Shown here in pieces: positions 46,720-55,261 of a stretch of DNA of 64,000 nucleotides (its first letter is position 1; each line of letters begins with the position of its first letter). Under the pieces are notes generated by a model. The model was not told where the DNA came from and ran no database searches. It saw only the letters and a program-made list of their open reading frames with translations. Made by a program: the position numbers and the translations under genes. The DNA lies in the NCBI GenBank assembly GCA_963699525.1, contig CAVOUI010000007.1, positions 183,665 through 247,664 of the forward strand. The letters run 5' to 3'. The stretch comes from an uncultured beta proteobacterium (GTDB taxonomy: Bacteria > Pseudomonadota > Gammaproteobacteria > Burkholderiales > SG8-41).

Positions 46720-47112
46720 ATGTTCAATTTGAAACGACGAATACACGACACCGCCAGCGGCACGCCGACGTTTATCGCGCCTTCAGCCAGGATCGTCGGG
46801 GCCATCGCCGGGCAGGGCACCTTCGTATGCTGCGGCACCATCGAGGGAGACTGCGACATCGACGGCTCCCTCACGCTCGCCCAGGGCGGCAAATGGAAGG
46901 GCACGATGAAAGCGAACCACATCATCGTCGGCGGCATCGTCGAAGGCAACGTGGTCGCGCGGGAGCGGATCGAGATTGCTGCTACGGCACGCGTCGCCGG
47001 CAGCCTGACGGGAAAGTCGATCGCCGTGGCCGAGGGCGCCATCATCGATGGCGAAATCAACGTCACGAGCGGCGAACCACCCGTCAAGTTCCAGGAAAAG
47101 CGCCAGACCTAG
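46720..47112 (+). CDS. bactofilin (polymer-forming cytoskeletal) family protein
   Basis: 130 aa. Beta-helix repeat pattern (ARIVGAIAGQGTFVCCGTIEGDCDIDGSLTL...IIVGGIVEGNVVARERIEIAATARVAGSLTGKSIAVAEGAIIDGEI). Confidence 0.8.
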   Translation: MFNLKRRIHDTASGTPTFIAPSARIVGAIAGQGTFVCCGTIEGDCDIDGSLTLAQGGKWKGTMKANHIIVGGIVEGNVVARERIEIAATARVAGSLTGKSIAVAEGAIIDGEINVTSGEPPVKFQEKRQT

Positions 47113-47129
47113 GCGTTCTTCGGCGCGTC

Positions 47130-47936
47130 CTACTTGCTCGCCACTTCCCGGGTCCAGCGCACGATTTCGTCCGCCGAGGCGTTCGGAGTGCCGACGTGGT
47201 CGGCCTCGGTTCGTAGAGCTGGGTCAGCGGATTGTCGGGAAGCGATGGGTACAGGCCGATATTCCACCTGCGCAGTGCGGGAAGCTCGTCCTGCCCGACG
47301 ATCCACAGGATCGGGACGCGCGGACTTGCGGCGCGAGCCGCGCGGTACATGTTCATGGCGCCGTCCGTGTCGAACCAGGTAACGTAGGCCGCGGGAACGG
47401 CGTCGATCGAATACCTCCCTTTACTGCCCTCGTAGTCCTCGAGCTGAGCCCGTTCGTTGCCCTTGCCGTCGGCAACCAGTCGCTTGGCGCGCGCGACCGA
47501 GGAGCCGAGATTTTCCTGAAAGACGCGATTGGCGACATCCCCGCCCGGAGCCATGGCGATGACGCCATCGACATACGATTTGCTTGCCATGTGGAGCGCG
47601 AAATATTCCTCCCTGGCTGTGACCGGCGACAAACACCTTCTTTGCGCCCTTGGCGCGCAGGCCCGCCACCGCGGTCTCGACCTCCTGCTCGCCGCGCTCG
47701 ACGGGCACGTCGTAATTTCGCTTGCGCGACCAGGGCATTTCAAGGTTTGCGACGAAGTACCCTCTCTCCTCCATAGTCCGGGCGAACTTCGCGACATAGC
47801 CGAAGGTCGGCAATCCTCCCTTCCCGTGCATGATCACGATGCCGATCGGGTTTTCCTGCGCTGTCGCCGCAAGCGACAAGGCAGCGACGAGCACAGCCAG
47901 TACGGCTCGTGCAACCACTCGGGTGAAAAGCGTCAT
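47130..47936 (-). pseudogene. secreted alpha/beta hydrolase (dienelactone hydrolase-like), two frameshifts
   Basis: MTLFTRVVARAVLAVLVAALSLAATAQ...VFVAGHSQGG / YFALHMASKS...PILWIVGQDE...LYE / ..EADHVGTPNASADEIVRWTREVASK. Junctions are at the TT run 47606-47607 and about 47210. Confidence 0.75.
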
Positions 47937-47938
47937 CT

Positions 47939-48913
47939 TCAATCGATGCGCAAGCCGGCGGACTTGACCACCTTCGCCCACAGCGCGAGCTCGGCCTTGA
48001 CGTGCGCGGCGAGCGCCGCAGGCGGGCCACCGACGATCACGGCGCCCTCCTTGTCGAATCGTTCCGCCAGCGTCCGATCGGTCAGCGCGCGGTTGATCGC
48101 CTCGTTCAAGCTCTTGATGACCGGCGCCGGCGTCGCCGTCGGCGCGTAGATGCCGAACCAGGCGCCGAAATCGTAGCCGGGAACGCCCTGCTCGGCGATC
48201 GTGGGTAGCTGGGGCGTGACCTTCGAGCGTTTCGCCGTCGTGATGCCGAGCGCACGCATCCGCCCCGTCGCGATATGCCCGGTAACGGCGACCAGCGAGA
48301 GAAAGCTGAGACTCGCCTCGCCGTTCAGGATGGCGATCAGTGCCGGGCCGCCCCCGCCGTAGGGAACGTGCACGATGTTCGTGCCGGTGAGGTTCTTGAA
48401 GAGCTCCGCCGCAACGTGGAGATTGCTGCCGTTCCCGGCGGATGCGTAATTCAGATCGCCCGGGCGCGCCTTGGCGAGCGCGATCAGCTCCTTGACCGAC
48501 TTTGCCGGCACCGAGGGATGCACCACCAGCACGAAGGGGGATGAGCCCAGATAACAAACCGGGGCGAAATCACGCGCGGTGTCGAAGGGCATCTTCGGAT
48601 AGAGCGCGGGATTGACCACGAACGGCAGCGTGTTGATGAGCAGTGTGTAACCGTCGGCCGGCGCGCGCGCGACGTGCTCGCTGCCCACGATGGTGTTGGC
48701 GCCCGGCCGGTAATCGATGATCACGTTCTGGCCCATCATCTCGCCCCACTTGGGACTCAGGATGCGCGCCATGACGTCGAGGCTGCCGCCGGGCGGCACC
48801 GGCACTACCAGCCGCACCGGGCGCGCCGGAAATTCCTTGGGCTGCGACCACGCCAGCGCGTACACCGCGCACCCGATGGCCATGGCCAAGCCTGCAAGCG
48901 CAACACGCTTCAT
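47939..48913 (-). CDS. Bug/TctC family substrate-binding protein
   Basis: 324 aa. GAGGAGA Shine-Dalgarno. Signal peptide, then EFPARPVRLVVPVPPGGSLDVMAR. Confidence 0.9.
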   Translation of the reverse strand: MKRVALAGLAMAIGCAVYALAWSQPKEFPARPVRLVVPVPPGGSLDVMARILSPKWGEMMGQNVIIDYRPGANTIVGSEHVARAPADGYTLLINTLPFVVNPALYPKMPFDTARDFAPVCYLGSSPFVLVVHPSVPAKSVKELIALAKARPGDLNYASAGNGSNLHVAAELFKNLTGTNIVHVPYGGGGPALIAILNGEASLSFLSLVAVTGHIATGRMRALGITTAKRSKVTPQLPTIAEQGVPGYDFGAWFGIYAPTATPAPVIKSLNEAINRALTDRTLAERFDKEGAVIVGGPPAALAAHVKAELALWAKVVKSAGLRID

Positions 48914-49150
48914 GCCGGTCTCCTCGCCGCTCCAGATACGATCAGATTAGCAGACTTGCCAGGTCGCACGGCGAGAAGTCGTTGGAGGAATCCGACTTGG
49001 CTCCCTCATGACGTAACCGATGGCACCTGCAATCCCGCCGCAGCGCGCCGCCACATGTCGGCAATCCGGTGGGGCGACTGTGTCCCCACAGGCGGGACGA
49101 TTCAATCCCGAAGCGCCCCGATACCTGGCAGACAATGAAAGGCAGACATC

Positions 49151-49492
49151 ATGAAGATCAAACCCAATCCATGTGCAGCACAATGGCTGCTGGCCGCGGG
49201 CCTCGCGTTCGGCATGGCATCAGCCAACGCTGCCGGCGGCTATGCGATCCGGCATCAGCAGGAGCAGCTGGTCACGGCCGGAATGACCACGGACGAAGTC
49301 CGACAGGCCATCGGAGCCCCGATCACCCGGGTCCAATATCGCAACGAGTCGGGGCCCACCTGGACCTACCATGTGGCAGACACTCATGCCTGCGTTTCCC
49401 AACAGCCAGGTCGTATTCGACGTCAACTTCGGCGCCAACGGCAGAGTCGCATCGGCCGGCGAAAGCACGGCGATGGAATTCTCGAGTGATTG
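49151..49492 (+). pseudogene. BamE/SmpA-OmlA-like small periplasmic protein, one frameshift
   Basis: Signal peptide, then LVTAGMTTDEVRQAIGAPITRVQYRNESGPTWTYHV. After about 49395-49400 (TTTCCC) the other frame gives NSQVVFDVNFGANGRVASAGE..., the typical second half of the domain. Confidence 0.6.
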
Positions 49493-49566
49493 ACGGGGCG
49501 AACGGCGCGGGTAAGCCACACCGCGGAGCCCGGTGGCATTCGCCGCCGGGCTCCGTCGTCCACGAT

Positions 49567-50298
49567 TCAGAACAGCGACTCCACTTTGCTCGCGAAGCGG
49601 TAACCCGCACCACGCTCGGTGACGATCAGAACGGGATGGGCCGGATCGGGCTCGATCCTCGTGCGCAGCCGGCGCACCTGTGAATCGACGGTGCGATCGT
49701 AGACCTCGGCCTCGTGGAGGCGCGACATCGACAGCAGCTGTTCCCGCGTCAGCACGCGCTCGGGTGCACGGCAAAAGGCGCTGAGCAGGCTGAACTCGCC
49801 ATTCGAAAGCTCCACGGGCTTGCCCTCGGGCGACATCAGTCGCCTCGTGCGCAGATTCAGTTCCCAGCCCGAGAACCGGAATGCCCGCCGGGCGCTGTCG
49901 CGCTCGGGCAGCGTGGCCTGCACCTGATAACGCCGCAGCACGGCTCGCACCCGGGCCAGGAGCTCGCGCGGGCTGAAGGGCTTGGTAACGTAATCGTCGG
50001 CGCCAAGCTCGAGGCCCATCACGCGGTCCGCTTCCTCGTTGCGCCCCGTCAGCAGCACGATCGGCACGTTCGCCCGCTCGCGAAGCGCGCGGGCGAGTTG
50101 CATGCCGTCCTCGCCGGGCAGCTTCAGATCGAGCAGCACGAGGTCGATCGCTTCGCGCTCGAGCACCTCGAACATCTCGCGCCCCGAGGCGCCGGCGGAA
50201 ACGCGCATGTCGTTTTTGCCCAGATACTCAGCCACCAAATCGCGAATGCTGATGTCGTCGTCGATGACGAGGATATGCGGCTTGGCGGGGATGTTCAT
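49567..50298 (-). CDS. OmpR-family two-component response regulator
   Basis: REC domain (ILVIDDD...DLVLLDLKLPGEDG...TKPF) plus a winged-helix C-terminus (...TERGAGYRF). ATG 50298; GTG 50301 is the alternative. Confidence 0.92.
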   Translation of the reverse strand: MNIPAKPHILVIDDDISIRDLVAEYLGKNDMRVSAGASGREMFEVLEREAIDLVLLDLKLPGEDGMQLARALRERANVPIVLLTGRNEEADRVMGLELGADDYVTKPFSPRELLARVRAVLRRYQVQATLPERDSARRAFRFSGWELNLRTRRLMSPEGKPVELSNGEFSLLSAFCRAPERVLTREQLLSMSRLHEAEVYDRTVDSQVRRLRTRIEPDPAHPVLIVTERGAGYRFASKVESLF

Positions 50299-50371
50299 CA
50301 CTTTCGGCGGGCCAGCTCTGCGACAGCGGCCGGCAGCGTCCGCCGGCAGCCGTAAAATGCAATTCTAGCTT

Positions 50372-52444
50372 ATGTATCCTGTTCCACCGAGGACGTTCAG
50401 CCCGCGGCTGTGGTGGGTCGCCGCGGGGCTGTGGCTTGTACTGACGGTCGCTGCAGCGACCGCCTTGTGGCACATGCGCCGCACGGCCGTTGACAACCAG
50501 GCGCGGGAACTCCGCGTGCTATCGCTTGCGCTGGCCGATGCGCTCAATCGGGGGTTGCAAGGTGCGGAAGAGGGTTTGCACGCGATACGCCTCGAGCTGC
50601 AACAGCATCGTCTGCAGATGACGGATCCGGAGGCCACGCAGGCGCTGCGTACACGCGCCGCGCTGATGCCGTTGGTCGAGCTGATTTGGGTGGTTTCCCG
50701 CCAAGGTTCGTTGCTCGCGGCATCGGAAGCCGCGCCTGTTCCCGAGTCGTCGTCGTTCTTGCCGGCCCTGGACCAGCTGACAGACGAAGCAACTGCGGTG
50801 AGCCGCCCATTCATGGATGCGAGCGGGCGTCAACCATTGGTGGCGCTTGCCGTTCGCATCGCCGGCGCTCCGGGGATTGCGGCAGGATGGATCCTCGCCG
50901 CCATGCCGGCAGATGCCCTGCGCGGCGCCTTTTCCGTGGCCGCTCCGGCCGCGGATGCGGATCTGGTGGTCTTTCGCGACGATGGTGTGCGCCTGGCCGG
51001 CTCCACTCGGTCCGCGCCAAGCGACGAGGAGGCCAGCCGGGCACAGCGCCTGGCCAACTCGGCAGGCATCGAGTTGCGCCGGTTTCGCGATGGTAGCGAG
51101 CGCCTGGTCGCGCTGCAGAGCCTGCCGCACTTCGGCCTCAAGCTGATGGTCACGCGGGATCTGAACGCGGTGCTGGCTCCCTGGGAGGAGGTCGCGTGGC
51201 TGACCGCGATGGGGATAGCGCTGCTTTTTGCGATCACGGCGGTGTCGGTCCACCTCGTGCTGCGCGCCGACCGGCGGCGTGCCGAAGCCCAGGTTGCGTT
51301 GCAGACGGAACTTGCGCGCTCGAACAAACTTCAATCACTGGGAACGCTGGCCGGCGGCGTCGCGCACGATTTCAATAACGTGCTCGCGGGGATCATCGGC
51401 TTTGGCGAAATGGCGCAGAGTGCGGCGGCGCCGGGCAGCGACCAGGCGCGCCACCTCGACAAGATGCTTCAGGCGGCGCTGCGCGGCAAGGCGCTCGTCG
51501 AACGCATAATGGCCTTCAGCCGGGGAGGCGCACGCGCATCGACCGTCTTCGAGCTGGATCCCGTCGTGAACGAGGTGCTTGCGCTGCTGTCAACCTCGTT
51601 GCCCCCGGGTATCGTTTTGGAGCGCAGGGGCGAGGCGCAAGGTGCACGGGTACGCGGCGACCCCGCGCGCGCCTTCGAGGCGATCATGAACCTGTGCACG
51701 AACGCGATGCAGGCGATGCCCCGCGGCGGCGTGATGACGGTCGGGCTGGAACGCCTGCACGCTGAATCGCCGCGCGTGTTGTCGCACAGCCAGCTGGCGG
51801 CCGGCGATTATCTGGCGCTCGCCGTGTCGGACCAGGGCACCGGGATCACACCCGAGGTCATGGAGCACCTGTTCGAGCCATTTTTCACGACCCGCAGCGC
51901 CCAGTCCGGTACCGGCCTGGGGCTCGCTGTCGTGCACGGCGTCGTGGCCGAGTTCGGCGGTGCAATCGACGTGCAGAGCATCCCCGGGCGGGGCGCGCGC
52001 TTCACCCTTTACCTGCCGGAGTGCTTCGAAGCGACGGGTTCCAAGCCCCCACTGCCGACGGCTGCACCCCGAGGCGCTGGACAGAAGCTGCTCGTCGTCG
52101 ACGATGAGCCCTCCCTGGTCGCCATGCTCGCGGAGATGCTCAAGGGTCTCGGCTACGAGCCGGTCGCTTACTCCGATTCAAGCGCGGCCCTGCGAGCGCT
52201 GCGCGATGACCCGGGCGGATTTGCCGCGGTCGTAACCGACGAAGTGATGCCGGGGCTCAGCGGAACCCAGCTGACGGAGGCTCTCCGGGCGCAGTCGCCG
52301 CACCTGCCGGTGCTGCTGGTGAGCGGCTACGGCGGCGCTCTGCTGGCCTCGCGGGCCGCCGCCGCCGGCGTAACGCGGGTGCTGAGCAAGCCTCTGCAGC
52401 GGACCGAACTCGCGCGCGCGCTCGCCGAGTTGCTGCACGGATAA
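50372..52444 (+). CDS. hybrid sensor histidine kinase/response regulator with a periplasmic sensor domain
   Basis: 690 aa. Two TM segments flank a periplasmic region of about 250 aa. H-box LAGGVAHDFNNVL, N and G boxes (NLCTNAMQAM, GTGLGLAVV), and a C-terminal REC domain (LLVVDDEP...VVTDEVMPGLSG). Confidence 0.9.
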   Translation: MYPVPPRTFSPRLWWVAAGLWLVLTVAAATALWHMRRTAVDNQARELRVLSLALADALNRGLQGAEEGLHAIRLELQQHRLQMTDPEATQALRTRAALMPLVELIWVVSRQGSLLAASEAAPVPESSSFLPALDQLTDEATAVSRPFMDASGRQPLVALAVRIAGAPGIAAGWILAAMPADALRGAFSVAAPAADADLVVFRDDGVRLAGSTRSAPSDEEASRAQRLANSAGIELRRFRDGSERLVALQSLPHFGLKLMVTRDLNAVLAPWEEVAWLTAMGIALLFAITAVSVHLVLRADRRRAEAQVALQTELARSNKLQSLGTLAGGVAHDFNNVLAGIIGFGEMAQSAAAPGSDQARHLDKMLQAALRGKALVERIMAFSRGGARASTVFELDPVVNEVLALLSTSLPPGIVLERRGEAQGARVRGDPARAFEAIMNLCTNAMQAMPRGGVMTVGLERLHAESPRVLSHSQLAAGDYLALAVSDQGTGITPEVMEHLFEPFFTTRSAQSGTGLGLAVVHGVVAEFGGAIDVQSIPGRGARFTLYLPECFEATGSKPPLPTAAPRGAGQKLLVVDDEPSLVAMLAEMLKGLGYEPVAYSDSSAALRALRDDPGGFAAVVTDEVMPGLSGTQLTEALRAQSPHLPVLLVSGYGGALLASRAAAAGVTRVLSKPLQRTELARALAELLHG

Positions 52445-52564
52445 CCCCCCGCTTCATGGCACTTGCAATACAGCGGCTAGCGCTCCGCCATATGGCTGCC
52501 CCGGTGCCCGGGCATGATGACCCGCACGGTTCGAGAACAGTGCCTGAACCGGAAAGGAAACCAC

Positions 52565-53023
52565 ATGAGCGCAAGCGAGCGTTCGGACGCGGGACCTAGT
52601 GTTCCGCACCGTCAAAATTCGAATGGCGAGATAGCGCATCTGGTCGGCGAGGTCTTCGAGACCGCGCCCGCAGTGGAGCGAGCGCAGCTCGTCGAGCACT
52701 TGTTGCGGCCTCTGGGGGTGCTGTCGCTGGTCGCGGTGGCCAATGGGGTGTTCGCGAAGGTCCTGTTCCAGAATCCGGGACGAGACTTGCACGTCCGGCT
52801 CGAGGATGTGCAGGGAATCCGCGCCAGCGACGTCGTCGCCCTCGCCGATTTTGCCCAGCAAGTCAGCATCGAGGCATTCGATGGGCTCGCCAATCTGCTG
52901 TCGGCGTGGCCCACCATGGCCGGCTCCGCGGCGGCGGTGCTCCTGATAACGATACTCGTGCGTCGCTCCCGTTCGCGCCGCGCCCCATTTCCACCAGGGC
53001 CTTCCAGTGGACACCACCCATAG
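52565..53023 (+). CDS. hypothetical tail-anchored membrane protein
   Basis: ATG 52565 has a GGAAAGGAAA Shine-Dalgarno. GC-rich third codon positions through the core. A single C-terminal TM segment (MAGSAAAVLLITILV) is followed by RRSRSRR. I recognise no family. Confidence 0.5.
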   Translation: MSASERSDAGPSVPHRQNSNGEIAHLVGEVFETAPAVERAQLVEHLLRPLGVLSLVAVANGVFAKVLFQNPGRDLHVRLEDVQGIRASDVVALADFAQQVSIEAFDGLANLLSAWPTMAGSAAAVLLITILVRRSRSRRAPFPPGPSSGHHP

Positions 53024-53372
53024 CCTCGCCCGAGCGGTAAACCCGTCGGCTGCACGTCTCCAGATTCATGCCGGAAGCGCGTGGGGCACCGGCGGCGGGC
53101 GTGCGAGGTCTCTTCTGCAATGGCTTCGCTCGCTGTACCGGTCTCTCCCGCGGCGCGACGAGCGCGCGCCGCTCAGAGTGAAAATCGCCGACGCGCAGGG
53201 CCAGCAGGTGCTGGCTCTCGAGGACAGCGCGCCGCTGATGGTCGTCTTCCTGCAGGCTGGCACGTACCACGTGGACGCTCGCCTCGAAGACGTGCGCCGG
53301 CGCTACACGATGACGCTCGAGCAGGGCGCATCGTTTGATCTCTACCTCGACTTCGCGCCGAATCATTCATGA
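53007..53372 (+). CDS. hypothetical protein
   Basis: 121 aa with a GTG start that overlaps the previous gene. Its stop overlaps the degP start (ATGA). The C-terminal half looks beta-rich (LRVKIADAQGQQVLALEDSAPLMVVFLQAGTYHVDARL). Confidence 0.45.
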   Translation: MDTTHSLARAVNPSAARLQIHAGSAWGTGGGRARSLLQWLRSLYRSLPRRDERAPLRVKIADAQGQQVLALEDSAPLMVVFLQAGTYHVDARLEDVRRRYTMTLEQGASFDLYLDFAPNHS

Positions 53373-54868
53373 GATCCGTCATGCAACTCGAGCGGGTACC
53401 GAAACGTCACGTTATCGCTGTCGCCTTCGCGATGGTGACGCTGGTATCCGCGGGCTACCGCGGCTTGAGCCATGCCGAGGTCCCGCCCATCGCGCCCGCG
53501 GCAGTCGTCGACCCGGCCGCAGCGCGGGCGCCTGCAGGCCTTCCCGACGTGGCAGCAATCGCCGCGCAATACGGCCCGGCAGTGGTGAACATCAGCGTCA
53601 AGGGCACCCGGAATATTTCCACGACCGGCGGTGCTTCGGACGATGACGACGCGCCGGGAACGCAGGATGCAGACGCAAAGCGCGACCTTCTGCGACGCTT
53701 CGAGCAGTTGTTCGGCGGTCTTCCCGCGCAGTTCAGTGTCCCCGTGCAGGGGGAAGGCTCCGGGGTCATCGTCCGGTCCGACGGCGTCATCCTGACCAAT
53801 GCTCACGTCGTCAGCGGCGCCCGCGAAGTCGTGGTGAAGCTCACCGACCGCCGGGAGTTCAGCGCCAAGATACTCGGTGCGGATGCACTGACAGACGTCG
53901 CGGTACTGAAGATCGAGGCGCGCGACCTCCCGGTCCTGCGAATCGCACCGTCGCAGCCGGTACGGGTGGGCGAATGGGTGCTCGCCATCGGCTCGCCGTT
54001 CGGCTTCGAAAACACCGTAACCGTCGGCGTGATCAGCGCCACCAAGCGCTCGTTACCGGGAGGTGGAGCGATCCCCCTCATTCAGACCGACGTCGCGATC
54101 AACCCCGGCAATTCGGGCGGGCCGCTCATCAACATGCGGGGCGAGGTCGTGGGCCTCAATTCGCAGATCTTCTCGAATTCCGGCGGCTACCAGGGTCTGT
54201 CGTTCGCGATCCCGATCGACGCCGCTCTGCGCATCGCGCAGCAGGTACTGGATAGGGGCGACGTCCGGCACGCGAAGCTCGGCGTCACGGTGCAGGAATT
54301 GAACCAGACGCTGGCGGAATCGTTCAAGCTCGAAACACCCGCGGGCGCGCTCGTTTCCAGCGTGGAGAAGGGAAGCGCGGCAGAGCGCGCCGGCCTCGAA
54401 AGCGGCGACGTGGTGTTGTCCGTCGACGGCAGGACCATCGACGATCCGGGCGACCTGACGGCGGCGGTCGGCCTGGCCCAGCCGGGTGATCGAATCAATC
54501 TCCTGGTCTGGCACGAGGGCGCGCAACGCTCGTTGCAGGCTGCTCTCGACGAGGCCGCGACCGATACCAACCAAAGTGCCGCTTCGGGAACATCTCCTGC
54601 TCATGCGCGCCTCGGCCTCGTGCTGAGGTCGCTGCCGCCTGCGGAGACGCGTGAATCCAGCATTGCCGCGGGCCTCCTGGTCGAGGCGGTCAGCGGCCCC
54701 GCCGAGCGGGCAGGCCTGCGACGGGGCGATGTCGTGCTCGCGATCAACAGCAGTCCGGTCGCGAGCGACGCGCAAGTTCGCGCAGCAGTGTCCAAAGCGG
54801 GCAGGTCCGTCGCGCTGCTGGTGCAGCGTGGCGAGCAGAAACGCTACGTACCCCTGAGACTGGAATGA
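53369..54868 (+). CDS. DegP/HtrA (Do) family periplasmic serine endoprotease with two PDZ domains
   Basis: 499 aa. Signal peptide. Catalytic His (LTNAHVV), Asp (DVAVLKI) and Ser (GNSGGPL). Two PDZ-like segments follow. Confidence 0.92.
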   Translation: MRSVMQLERVPKRHVIAVAFAMVTLVSAGYRGLSHAEVPPIAPAAVVDPAAARAPAGLPDVAAIAAQYGPAVVNISVKGTRNISTTGGASDDDDAPGTQDADAKRDLLRRFEQLFGGLPAQFSVPVQGEGSGVIVRSDGVILTNAHVVSGAREVVVKLTDRREFSAKILGADALTDVAVLKIEARDLPVLRIAPSQPVRVGEWVLAIGSPFGFENTVTVGVISATKRSLPGGGAIPLIQTDVAINPGNSGGPLINMRGEVVGLNSQIFSNSGGYQGLSFAIPIDAALRIAQQVLDRGDVRHAKLGVTVQELNQTLAESFKLETPAGALVSSVEKGSAAERAGLESGDVVLSVDGRTIDDPGDLTAAVGLAQPGDRINLLVWHEGAQRSLQAALDEAATDTNQSAASGTSPAHARLGLVLRSLPPAETRESSIAAGLLVEAVSGPAERAGLRRGDVVLAINSSPVASDAQVRAAVSKAGRSVALLVQRGEQKRYVPLRLE

Positions 54869-54933
54869 GTCAGTTCTCGGGGGCGGAGCGTAACGCAATG
54901 CAATGGTCTTTAAATGAGGTGCAAGGAGGATTT

Positions 54934-55161
54934 ATGCGCAATTTGCTTTCCATGGTTTCGCTGTTCCTCACGTCCTGCTGGGCGCTCGCCGCCAACATGG
55001 AGGAGGCTGCCAATACGACCCCGGTTCCGACCGTGTCCATGGTGTATGTCGTGCTCTTCGTTGTCCTGTTCTTGGGTCTGATCGTCGGATTCTTCGGCTA
55101 CCTCTGTTGGAACGAGAAGCGCAAGACGCGTGATCAGCGGGCTGAACCCGGACCAACCTGA
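54934..55161 (+). CDS. 75-aa single-pass (signal peptide plus TM) mini-membrane protein, unknown
   Basis: AAGGAGG Shine-Dalgarno 5 nt before ATG 54934. MRNLLSMVSLFLTSCWALA signal, a short ectodomain, TM segment MVYVVLFVVLFLGLIVGFFGYLCW and a basic tail. The local GC content is visibly lower. Confidence 0.55.
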   Translation: MRNLLSMVSLFLTSCWALAANMEEAANTTPVPTVSMVYVVLFVVLFLGLIVGFFGYLCWNEKRKTRDQRAEPGPT

Positions 55162-55261
55162 TGTCTCGGAACGTCTTCAAGCATTTCCCTGACGCGAGCT
55201 TCATGGCACGAAAAGTCGGATTGATCTCGTCCATTGATGATCTCGTCATTTTTCCATCCAC

